Shown one piece after another: positions 55,595-64,000 of a stretch of DNA of 64,000 bases (positions within the stretch are counted from its first letter, which is position 1; each line of letters begins with the position of its first letter). The position numbers were made by a program, and so were the translations under genes. The notes under the pieces were generated by a model, which saw only the letters and a program-made list of their open reading frames with translations, did no database searches and had not been told where the DNA came from. The DNA is taken from the IMG/VR virus record IMGVR_UViG_3300036770_005357. One strand, written 5' to 3'. This DNA comes from a virus. Its lineage: Duplodnaviria > Caudoviricetes.

Positions 55595-56325
55595 TGGATC
55601 CATCTGATATAGAAAAGAGACTACAAGAACTTGAACAACTTAAAACACAAGTTCAAGAACTTCTTAGCTTGAGTCAAATGGGTCAAGATGTTCGTCAAGA
55701 ATTAGAACAATTCAAGATACTACAATCTAAAGGTGTTACTATTCCACATTTAGAAAAACAGTTTGCAGATACACTGTATCCCAAACGAAAGACTCATAGT
55801 AGCAAACAAAAACCATTCTTACAATCGGAAATCCAAGAAGCAATAGATAGAGCACCGAGTGCTAAAAAAGCTGCTAGACTATTGGGTATAAGTTATATTA
55901 CATTTAAGAAATATGCTAAAACATATGGTATACATGTAACTAAGGGATGGCCTGTAAAGAAAGGTGTATGTTGTAGAGGACCAATAGATCCTAAAAAAGG
56001 TAAATTCCCAATACAAGATATATTAGACGGTAAACATCCAGATTTCCCAATACATAGACTCAAAGATAAATTGATAAGAAGTGGTATTAAACAGGCTGAA
56101 TGTGAACAATGTGGATATAAGGAAAGAAGATTGACAGATGGAAAGATACCATTATTGCTTAATTTTGAGGACGGTAACAATAAAAATCATAAAATAGAAA
56201 ATATAAGATTACTTTGTTATAATTGTACATTTACATGTGGTAAAGGTTATATAAGCAAAGGACCAAAAATATTTGATCCAGATACATTACAAGATAGTAA
56301 AAAGATACTTAAACAAAGATTCTAA
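55594..56325 (+). CDS. HTH + degenerate HNH zinc-finger protein
   Basis: SAKKAARLLGISYITFKKYAK HTH; CEQC...LLLNFEDGN...NIRLLCYNC. Confidence 0.75.
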   Translation: MDPSDIEKRLQELEQLKTQVQELLSLSQMGQDVRQELEQFKILQSKGVTIPHLEKQFADTLYPKRKTHSSKQKPFLQSEIQEAIDRAPSAKKAARLLGISYITFKKYAKTYGIHVTKGWPVKKGVCCRGPIDPKKGKFPIQDILDGKHPDFPIHRLKDKLIRSGIKQAECEQCGYKERRLTDGKIPLLLNFEDGNNKNHKIENIRLLCYNCTFTCGKGYISKGPKIFDPDTLQDSKKILKQRF

Positions 56326-56339
56326 ACTATTTAATATTA

Positions 56340-56798
56340 ATGATTAACGAATTTCAACATCTTTTAACTAAGCACGGTATTCTTACTTCATTTAATATCG
56401 CTAAAAGGATTAAAAAATCTCAAATCAATACAATAAGAAAACGATTAGAAAAGAAGGGTTTAAATGCTGAAACTATAGAAGAAGAAATTGATAAACAAAT
56501 TATTAATAATACCAAAAAATTTTTAGAAGAACATGAAATACCGGGTTTAGAGCCAGGCAATTCGGAAATTAAAATAAATCCGAAAAAACAAAAAAAGTTG
56601 GTTAAATTATCAAACGACATTACACTGTACTGTGAGTCAAATGATTTTACGAAAGAAGATGTTATAATATTAGTACAAGCAATATTTCACATTCTTAAAA
56701 TAACAAACAGTGATGTACAAAGATTTAAGGAAAAATATAATTTAGATTCGGATAGTGATGATGACTATTTAGATGAAGATGATAATGACGAATTTTAA
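56340..56798 (+). CDS. Hypothetical protein
   Basis: 152 aa with acidic tail. Confidence 0.7.
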   Translation: MINEFQHLLTKHGILTSFNIAKRIKKSQINTIRKRLEKKGLNAETIEEEIDKQIINNTKKFLEEHEIPGLEPGNSEIKINPKKQKKLVKLSNDITLYCESNDFTKEDVIILVQAIFHILKITNSDVQRFKEKYNLDSDSDDDYLDEDDNDEF

Positions 56799-56803
56799 TT
56801 TTA

Positions 56804-57922
56804 ATGAAAAATGTTATGGATATTTTAAACATAAATGATAGTTTATCTTTCTTAGATAAAAATAAGAAAGTTGTTTTTGTAACAGGTGTTACTGGACAAG
56901 ATGGCAGTCATATAGTTGATTATCTTCTTAAAAATACGGATCATATCATCATCGGTGGTGTTAGAAGGTTAAGTATTAAAAATCATGAAAATATAAAACA
57001 TCTTGAAAACAATCCAAGGTTTAAAATAGTTAACTTTGATTTAAGTGATGCACATAGTATTAGTAAAATAGTAGAAACGATTAAACCAGACTATTTTATT
57101 AATTTGGCAGCCCAAACATTCGTTGGATCGTCGTGGGATTTTCCAGCCCAAACTTGGGAATGTAATACAACGGGTGTAATTCATATACTAGAAGCAATTA
57201 AACAACATAAACCGAATTGTAGATTTTACAACGCAGGTAGTAGCGAAGAATATGGCAATGTAGAATATACTCCACAAGATGAAAAACATCCATCTAAACC
57301 TCGTAGTCCGTACGGAGCGAGTAAATCAGCTGCTAGACAATTAGTTAAAGTATATCGTGAAAGTTATAATTTATATGCAGTTCAAGGTTTGTTGTTTAAT
57401 CATGAAGGTACTAGAAGAGGTGAAGAATTTGTAACTCGTAAGATCACAAAAGGTGTAGCTAGAATTAAACAAGCTTTGTTGGAAAACAAATCATTTGAAT
57501 CTATAGAATTAGGCAATGTAGATGCAAAACGAGATTGGAGTGATGCTGAAGATTTTGTCGATGGTATATGGTTGATGATGAATCAAAATAAACCAAATGA
57601 ATATGTGCTCAGTAGCAATGAAACACATACAATCCGTGAATTCGTTTCACTCGCATTTAAATATGCTGATATAGGAGGTAATTGGCATGGTAACGGATTA
57701 AGTGAACAATTCAGTATAAGTCATAATGATTATACAACTTACAATCCTAAATCAAGTGTTATGGTTAAAATTAATCCTAAGTTCTTTAGACCAGCTGAAG
57801 TAGATTTATTATTAGGTGATAGTACCAAGGCTAGAACTGAACTGAATTGGAAACCTAAAACAACATTTGAACAATTGGTTCAGAAAATGGTAAAAAATGA
57901 TTTAAATTTAATTGGATTATAA
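56804..57922 (+). CDS. gmd: GDP-mannose 4,6-dehydratase
   Basis: TGVTGQDGS, NLAAQ, SSEEYG, PRSPYGASK, LFNHE, FVTRKIT, RDW and FRPAEVD motifs. Confidence 0.93.
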   Translation: MKNVMDILNINDSLSFLDKNKKVVFVTGVTGQDGSHIVDYLLKNTDHIIIGGVRRLSIKNHENIKHLENNPRFKIVNFDLSDAHSISKIVETIKPDYFINLAAQTFVGSSWDFPAQTWECNTTGVIHILEAIKQHKPNCRFYNAGSSEEYGNVEYTPQDEKHPSKPRSPYGASKSAARQLVKVYRESYNLYAVQGLLFNHEGTRRGEEFVTRKITKGVARIKQALLENKSFESIELGNVDAKRDWSDAEDFVDGIWLMMNQNKPNEYVLSSNETHTIREFVSLAFKYADIGGNWHGNGLSEQFSISHNDYTTYNPKSSVMVKINPKFFRPAEVDLLLGDSTKARTELNWKPKTTFEQLVQKMVKNDLNLIGL

Positions 57923-57938
57923 TATAGTTATAGGTAAT

Positions 57939-58340
57939 ATGAGTGACACTTATACATTATACAATAATACCGTAATGGATCATTTTATTAACCCACGAAA
58001 TATGGGCGATTTAAAAGATGCTGATGCTATAGGTGAAGTGGGTGCAGCTGCGTGTGGCGATATTATGAAAATAAGTCTTAAGATAGATGAAAAGACTAAT
58101 AAAGTAATTGATGCACGTTTCAAGACCTTTGGTTGCGGTAGTGCTATAGCAGCATCATCTATGGCTACAGAACTTATAAAAGGTAGATCCATAGAAGATT
58201 TAGAAAAGAATTTTGATAATCAACAAATTGTAGATGCTTTAGGCGGTCTTCCACCAGTGAAGATACATTGTAGCGTTTTAGCCAGTGAAGCATTAAATGC
58301 AGCTTTAGAAGATTATAAAAAAAGAAAGGGAATTAATTAG
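57939..58340 (+). CDS. iscU: Fe-S cluster scaffold IscU/NifU-N
   Basis: DHFINPRNMG, ACGD, FKTFGCGSAIA and LPPVKIHCSVLA; likely start MSDTY. Confidence 0.92.
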   Translation: MSDTYTLYNNTVMDHFINPRNMGDLKDADAIGEVGAAACGDIMKISLKIDEKTNKVIDARFKTFGCGSAIAASSMATELIKGRSIEDLEKNFDNQQIVDALGGLPPVKIHCSVLASEALNAALEDYKKRKGIN

Positions 58341-58342
58341 TT

Positions 58343-58612
58343 ATGTTTAATAATAAAATTGAAGGAATGAATATACCACAACCAAATGTAAATTTTGGTC
58401 TTAAAGACACACAACCAGTTGTTTGTGCTGAATGTAAAGGTGATGTTTTTCAAAACGGTGTCATCTTTAGAAAAGTAAGCAAGATTCTAGCAGGTACTGA
58501 TAAAGATGCTTTGGTACCAATTAATGTACCATATTGTGTAAACTGTATGGCAGCTTTAGATGAACTGTTACCTACAGAACTCAAGAAACCTAAGTTTACA
58601 TTAGAACAATAA
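58343..58612 (+). CDS. Zinc-ribbon hypothetical protein
   Basis: CAEC...CVNC. Confidence 0.7.
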   Translation: MFNNKIEGMNIPQPNVNFGLKDTQPVVCAECKGDVFQNGVIFRKVSKILAGTDKDALVPINVPYCVNCMAALDELLPTELKKPKFTLEQ

Positions 58613-58616
58613 AATG

Positions 58617-58641
58617 AAACCCGCTGAAAAGCGGGTTTTTT
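58617..58641. terminator. Bidirectional terminator
   Basis: aaacccgct-gaaa-agcgggttt between convergent genes. Confidence 0.88.
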
Positions 58642-58642
58642 A

Positions 58643-60019
58643 TTAAATTTTTTTAGGTATATATTCTAGTGCTTTTAGAACATCGGTGTTTTTATAAGAC
58701 GCCCACATTTGATCATTATCATCGTAATAAGAATGAAAATGATACATATTAAATGTGGGAATTAATTCATAATCTATCAATATATCCGATCCATCTAAAA
58801 ATTCTTTTTCCGCACCAAATTTACCACATATTACTTTATTACCAAATTTTTTAGCAGTGTAACTGCACAGTCCAAATCCTTCTCCTCGATTTAATGTAAA
58901 ATAAACATCAAAATTATTATGTAAACTTTGAATTTCAATCTCACTTAAATCTTGAAAGCAAAAAATTAAATCGGGTGGATTTTTAAAATGTTTAACAATT
59001 TCATTTATTTTATATTTTAACCATTCGGTTTGAGAGGGAATAACATCTTTTAAAGATGTTTTAACAAATAAACAAACATTGTCGTTTTTAGTAAATCTTG
59101 TACAAAAAGTTTTTATCATTTGATCAAGATTTTTCCGTTCAGTATATTGACTTATATTATAATAAACAGTTTTTGTATTTAAAATATTTTCAATTTGAAT
59201 GTCGTGTCTAATAAATTTAGATTCTTTGTACAATCGCATTTTCTCTGTCAAACTTTTAATTGATACTAAATTGTTAATTTCTGGCGGTAAAATATCATAT
59301 TTCCAAATGTGTAAAGGTTTTTCTACTCCTGAATTTTTAAATATTTCATAATTAAATTGTGATGGTATAATCACCTCTTCGACAGCACTTTCATTAATTA
59401 AATTTACCCAATTTTTATTCAGTTTTGTAGTTTCCCACACAGTGCTCGCTAATAATTTTTTGCAAATTATATTTTCATTTTGTATGATTTTTTGCCACTC
59501 GTTCGGCGTTGTTTTAATTATACATGTATCATATTCATTGTTATCAGTCTGTTTATCCAATTTTTCAAAAATATTTTTTTCTGAAATGCATGTGGGTTCA
59601 TAGTTTGATTCAAAATAGTTTTTAACATTCCAGTAAACATCATATTTTTGATTTTGTAATTGATAAATGTAATTTCTACTAGCATAACCGTAACCAGTTT
59701 TATTGTTAGCTGAAATAAAATTAATTATATTACCTTCAATAAAAGATAAATTTGTAAATTTGTGTTCAAACAAAACTTTATAATTCTTCAATCTAACTAT
59801 TTTAAATGTTACATCGTTTTTAAAAAAAGAAAATGGTTTATTTAAACCAGAAAAATATGTAACTTTATTACGAACTTGCGTTAAATCACAATGTAATAAC
59901 GATTTATAAAAATCATCTTCCCAAATAAACATCACAGATTCATTTTCATCAATGCCGTTTACAGTAAATTCAATAAATAATGGATCGGTTTTTTTGCTTA
60001 CTAAAATAATCATGCTCAA
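58643..60019 (-). CDS. GT-B (GT4-like) glycosyltransferase with N-terminal extension
   Basis: TGYGYASR, TVWET, ERKN and NRGEGFGL motifs. Confidence 0.85.
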   Translation of the reverse strand: MSMIILVSKKTDPLFIEFTVNGIDENESVMFIWEDDFYKSLLHCDLTQVRNKVTYFSGLNKPFSFFKNDVTFKIVRLKNYKVLFEHKFTNLSFIEGNIINFISANNKTGYGYASRNYIYQLQNQKYDVYWNVKNYFESNYEPTCISEKNIFEKLDKQTDNNEYDTCIIKTTPNEWQKIIQNENIICKKLLASTVWETTKLNKNWVNLINESAVEEVIIPSQFNYEIFKNSGVEKPLHIWKYDILPPEINNLVSIKSLTEKMRLYKESKFIRHDIQIENILNTKTVYYNISQYTERKNLDQMIKTFCTRFTKNDNVCLFVKTSLKDVIPSQTEWLKYKINEIVKHFKNPPDLIFCFQDLSEIEIQSLHNNFDVYFTLNRGEGFGLCSYTAKKFGNKVICGKFGAEKEFLDGSDILIDYELIPTFNMYHFHSYYDDNDQMWASYKNTDVLKALEYIPKKI

Positions 60020-60032
60020 TAATTAGTGAAAA

Positions 60033-60284
60033 TTAACCGAGTAATATTTTTTTATTCTCAGTCTTCTCAGTTAATATACCTAACTTATTCCTAAGCATAT
60101 TTAAAGCTGCTTTAGGTGTCATTCTACCACAGTTAAACCCCAATATATTATATTGTTTACAAAATTCTTCTAATTCACGAATGTCATTTTGATCATATTC
60201 AATCGTAGGAAAACTCTGTGGATCTTCTTCTCGTTGTTTTCTACGCAACAACATTTGATACGGATCAAACGCTGGATAATTCAT
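60033..60284 (-). CDS. Hypothetical protein
   Basis: 83-aa ORF. Confidence 0.65.
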   Translation of the reverse strand: MNYPAFDPYQMLLRRKQREEDPQSFPTIEYDQNDIRELEEFCKQYNILGFNCGRMTPKAALNMLRNKLGILTEKTENKKILLG

Positions 60285-60287
60285 AAC

Positions 60288-62447
60288 TCAAAAATAATAA
60301 TTAAAACCAAAATATTCGGTCAAGAATCTTTGTAAGAACGCTGAATTTCTTCCTTTAAGTTCTTTACCACCAGCAAATCTCTTGTACTGATCTTTCATGC
60401 CTTTCAAATCATTTTTAAGAGCAGCTTGAGTAAACTTTGGAAATTTCTTAAGCGTTCCCATGTTAAACACAAAATCAACAAACATTTCCATTTGTTTCTT
60501 ACTTAATGGTCTACCACCCACTTCTTTATTGACTTGACTTAAAGCTTTTTGTAAATCTTTCTTTAACAATGTTTCAGCTTGTACATCAGTTATACCCTTA
60601 CTAAAATCTTCTCCTGGTTGAATTTTATGACCGTATCCAATTGTATCACTACCACCTTCAAAACTTTTGTGTGGAAACCATAAATTTCTCTTTTTATCAA
60701 ATCCTTTCTTACCAGCGTTTTCTACACTCTTTATATAATCTACAAACGATTGATCTAATGTAGCTGTTGATTTTGTAGGTGTAGTTTTTTGAACAGTTTG
60801 TGTTATGCCAGGTCTACTTACCAATTGACGAGATACTTTAATTGGTTTAGCGGCATGTAAACCGCCACCAGTTAAAGCACCCAATCCAATTGCACCGGCA
60901 GCAACCCAGTCTCGCCATCCCTCTTTAAGTTCTTGCGCAAGTTTCACTTCATCCAGCTTTCTACCTTCTGGACCGAAGTGATCTAGGTGGTGATACACAT
61001 CGTCCAAGTATTCACCGGCTAAGTTTAACTTAGCTTTTACCCAATCCTCTAACTCAGTGGTTGGTTGCAACATTGATTCCAACTCTTTAGCATCATTGTT
61101 GATTTGTTTCAACGCACCCATAGCCATGCTACTATTGAACTCTTTCAACAATTGATTCGTTACTTCTTTATAAATTTCTCTTACTGGTTTACTTTTTGTG
61201 TGTTTACCAGCTTGTCTTAACTTTCTAGCTCTACAATGTGCTTTTTGACTAAATCCCTTTGGATTGCTACAATTAATAGTCTTCTTATATTTGTTACTCC
61301 ATTTTTCATCTATTTGATCTATCGGAGTACCAGCTTCCTTTTCATCACGATAAAACTTCAAATAATCTCTTACTGTAGCCACATAATCACAAGCATGATT
61401 CAACTTAGCTTTTACCCAGTCTTCTAAATTATCATCTACACTAAACATTGACTGTAGTTTTTCACTATAATCAATAAGTTTAGTAACATCACTTTGTGCC
61501 ATCTCAGCATTTTCATCCAACGAAGGATCCGACCAACTTGTAGCATCAATCTTACTCTTTTGATGTAACTTACCTAAATCAGAATAATGAAATGCGTATT
61601 TATGTAAATCGTTTAATTTAGCAGTCAATTCCGGAAAGTTCTTACCCAAACCACTCAATACTGCATCTACAACGCTTTGTGTAACAATATCACTTGTAGG
61701 AGTTTTTGCTTTACCAAGCAACTTAATCTTTTCCAATTTACCGATTAATTTCAAAGCAATATTTTTATATGCTTCATATTGTGTATTTTCAGTCATAGCT
61801 TGTAATTTCTTTAATGCTTTGGCATAACTAGCAGGTAATTCCGGAGTACGCATATGTGCCGTTTTGACAAACTCCTTTTCTTTATCGGACAATTTAGAAA
61901 CCCCACTGGTAATCTTTGGCGTAAAACTGTTTACTAGTTTGAATTCACTTGATGGTCCGGTACCCACCATACCCATCTGTATATATGTTTGTTGTTTTGG
62001 AAACTTAGATAAATACTCTAGTAAAGCATTATACTGTTCTTGAGTAATAGAAGTATTCCAAATACCAATAAAATAATAATCTTTGTTCTGTAATTTTACT
62101 ATCCAAGCTCTTCCACTTAAACAAGTTTTTCGTAAAAATTCCATGTTATCTTGTTTACTATACTTTTCTTTACGAATGTCTTGTAATTCTTTACTACCAG
62201 CATAAATCGTTTCGTTGTGATCGGATCCTTTACCACCTTTTAATATTAACTTTTTATCACCGTCATTATATATCAAAAATCCATAACCATTTTCTTCATT
62301 ACCTTTAAATACAGTAGTATACTTGTTGAGGCCCTTTTCAAACACTTTTAATGTAAAACCTCTAGCAGATGGTGGAGTGCCCATCATATCGCCTGGGCCT
62401 CCTACCATATACTCAAAGCTACCAATCTGTATAGGATATGTCTTCAA
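60288..62447 (-). CDS. Modular protein with C-terminal lysozyme-like domain
   Basis: C-terminal SVEN...EGGSDTIGYGH...FVFNMG; duplicated LEDWVKAKLN modules; hydrophobic segment before the enzyme domain. Confidence 0.8.
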   Translation of the reverse strand: MKTYPIQIGSFEYMVGGPGDMMGTPPSARGFTLKVFEKGLNKYTTVFKGNEENGYGFLIYNDGDKKLILKGGKGSDHNETIYAGSKELQDIRKEKYSKQDNMEFLRKTCLSGRAWIVKLQNKDYYFIGIWNTSITQEQYNALLEYLSKFPKQQTYIQMGMVGTGPSSEFKLVNSFTPKITSGVSKLSDKEKEFVKTAHMRTPELPASYAKALKKLQAMTENTQYEAYKNIALKLIGKLEKIKLLGKAKTPTSDIVTQSVVDAVLSGLGKNFPELTAKLNDLHKYAFHYSDLGKLHQKSKIDATSWSDPSLDENAEMAQSDVTKLIDYSEKLQSMFSVDDNLEDWVKAKLNHACDYVATVRDYLKFYRDEKEAGTPIDQIDEKWSNKYKKTINCSNPKGFSQKAHCRARKLRQAGKHTKSKPVREIYKEVTNQLLKEFNSSMAMGALKQINNDAKELESMLQPTTELEDWVKAKLNLAGEYLDDVYHHLDHFGPEGRKLDEVKLAQELKEGWRDWVAAGAIGLGALTGGGLHAAKPIKVSRQLVSRPGITQTVQKTTPTKSTATLDQSFVDYIKSVENAGKKGFDKKRNLWFPHKSFEGGSDTIGYGHKIQPGEDFSKGITDVQAETLLKKDLQKALSQVNKEVGGRPLSKKQMEMFVDFVFNMGTLKKFPKFTQAALKNDLKGMKDQYKRFAGGKELKGRNSAFLQRFLTEYFGFNYYF

Positions 62448-62453
62448 GGAATG

Positions 62454-63665
62454 TTACTTCTTCTTTGCAATCTTACTTAATGTTTGTGCTAATCTGGCTC
62501 TCTTACCAAGTTTACCACCCTTCTTAGCAGCTGCAGCTAACTTACCAGCTGGAATTTTTTCACCAGTAGCTACACCAAGTTGTTTATGAAGAGCACCTGG
62601 CTTGCTGATTGCTTTTTGAATCCACTTCTTTTTAGCTTCATCCATTGATTCAGATTCTTCAAAAGTGATTTCATCTACACTTTCACCTTCATCATCCGTT
62701 TGTACTGGCAATTGATCACTACTCATATCAGCTGCTGTATCTTGAGGGGCGTCTTCGGGACTACCTACAGCTTCAGAGTCTTCCGGACCAGCTGGAGTTT
62801 CAGCTTCCGGTTCCGGTTGAAGTTGTGTCATCAACAAGTCATGAAGTTTTTGAGCAAGTTCTTTGTCCAATGTGATGGTAACTGTTTCTTTTTCAGCTTC
62901 TACATCAACCGGATCTTGTTCTTGTTCAACGATTGTTTGTTTAATTAACTTTTTGATAGCTTCTTTTAATTGTTCTTTTTTCATGTTATTTTCCTTGTTT
63001 TCTGCATATCCTACAAAATCATATCCGCTGCCATATGTACCTTGTCCTTCAGGTGATACTTCTGCTGGAAATGGACTTTCAACTGAACCGATAGGGCTTG
63101 ATTCCATATCTTCACTCATTCTCCATCCACCGCCCTTACTCTTATACCATCTAGCAGCCCAAGCATTAGCATAAGCACTTGGATAAACATCAAACTTTGA
63201 TCTAGCAGCCGATTTAGCTCTAGCCCACAAAGCAGGATTGGTTGGTTTAGGTTTCTTTTTACCCTTCTTTTCGTCCAATTCTATATCAATGGTTTTGTTA
63301 ACAATAGGTTCGCTATTTCTACCATCTACTTGACCATTGGATGTTCCGCCTATTTTACCATGCATATTTCCTTTTTTAAATCCACCATTACCGGTTCTAG
63401 CAGCATCATTAAAAGATTGATCCGGATCGCCGAAACCACTATTATGTGAAGGTTTAAATTCGGAAGCTAATCCAGCTTTTACTAATTTTGTATAATACTG
63501 CGGATCTTCCATCAAATGATCTAATGAAATTTCTTTGGCGATTTCGGGATCATTAGTGTGTTCCATTTCAATTTGTATTCCTAAAGAAAGTTGTACAGGA
63601 TCTACTTTAGATGTGTCAGCATTATCACCTACACCTCCGAGCAATTTATTTAAATTGTCAATCAT
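62454..63665 (-). CDS. Modular acidic/basic phage protein (small conserved modules)
   Basis: EMEHTNDPEIAKEISLDHL, PSAYANAWAARWYKSKGG and KWIQKAISKPGALH modules. Confidence 0.7.
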   Translation of the reverse strand: MIDNLNKLLGGVGDNADTSKVDPVQLSLGIQIEMEHTNDPEIAKEISLDHLMEDPQYYTKLVKAGLASEFKPSHNSGFGDPDQSFNDAARTGNGGFKKGNMHGKIGGTSNGQVDGRNSEPIVNKTIDIELDEKKGKKKPKPTNPALWARAKSAARSKFDVYPSAYANAWAARWYKSKGGGWRMSEDMESSPIGSVESPFPAEVSPEGQGTYGSGYDFVGYAENKENNMKKEQLKEAIKKLIKQTIVEQEQDPVDVEAEKETVTITLDKELAQKLHDLLMTQLQPEPEAETPAGPEDSEAVGSPEDAPQDTAADMSSDQLPVQTDDEGESVDEITFEESESMDEAKKKWIQKAISKPGALHKQLGVATGEKIPAGKLAAAAKKGGKLGKRARLAQTLSKIAKKK

Positions 63666-63861
63666 TTTTTAATCCTTGTTGGAACTTTTCAAAACTCTTA
63701 CCACTATGATAACTAGGATCAATCATCCAAGTTCTACCACGCATTTCGGGATGTCCTTTTGTAGGATCGTGCGGTTTACCATCACCAATATAGTGCCACC
63801 CCTTTTTAAGTGGATCCGGCTTACAATATTCAGGAGGACCATCTTTAGCAAAGTTTCTCAT
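63658..63861 (-). CDS. Hypothetical protein
   Basis: Likely start MRNFAKDG. Confidence 0.55.
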   Translation of the reverse strand: MRNFAKDGPPEYCKPDPLKKGWHYIGDGKPHDPTKGHPEMRGRTWMIDPSYHSGKSFEKFQQGLKND

Positions 63862-63878
63862 AGTATATATAATAAATA

Positions 63879-64000
63879 TTAACTCCAATTACGACGATTT
63901 AGCTTATCTTTATACATTTGTTGCATAATTTCCGCTATAGCTTTTTCTTGTGGTGTACGAAAATCTTGTGGTTTATCAGATTCATTTTCTTCGTCTACAC
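63879..64000 (-). CDS. Hypothetical protein (5'-partial)
   Basis: Open frame from the right edge, ending ...KLNRRNWS*. Confidence 0.55.
   Translation of the reverse strand, partial: VDEENESDKPQDFRTPQEKAIAEIMQQMYKDKLNRRNWS

Noticed and set aside
1-64000. Stop-codon reassignment
   Set aside because: Conserved genes are full length in code 11 and end at TAA, TAG and TGA (ATGA overlaps at 25448 and 36874); no suppressor tRNA found.

Overview
A 64-kb AT-rich segment of a large tailed-phage genome in the standard genetic code. The host is probably in the PVC group (most likely Verrucomicrobiota), inferred from a prepilin/H-X9-DG gene and an EF-hand secreted protein. Positions 1-28.8 kb (minus strand) are a virion fibre/lectin module. 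It includes a >2,280-aa 17-residue-repeat protein running off the left edge that the ORF track missed, several giant Gly-Ser/Thr-rich fibre proteins, four LamG paralogues and a free-standing GIY-YIG nuclease. Positions 31.0-35.1 kb are a tRNA operon: nine full-length tRNA or tRNA-like genes, a tRNA half, boxA-like elements, unexplained structured RNAs and two inserted nuclease cassettes. Positions 35.8-41.2 kb are an accessory island with Pho-box-like sites. Positions 41-64 kb carry small early genes, nucleotide/sugar/Fe-S metabolism genes, an intein-containing helicase and modular head-type proteins, one with a lysozyme domain. Top findings: (1) an HDV-like (theta-type) ribozyme starting exactly after the discriminator of the only CCA-less tRNA (initiator-like Met); (2) a PlcP-like phospholipase plus GT28-like glycosyltransferase operon behind a well-positioned Pho box, a candidate phage-encoded phospholipid-to-glycolipid remodelling system; (3) an HNH nuclease coupled to a DUF4338/Mom-like modifier; (4) a tRNA-Gly with the very rare ACC anticodon; (5) a 143-nt kissing-loop RNA. 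All family assignments come from motifs read by eye; no database searches were run.
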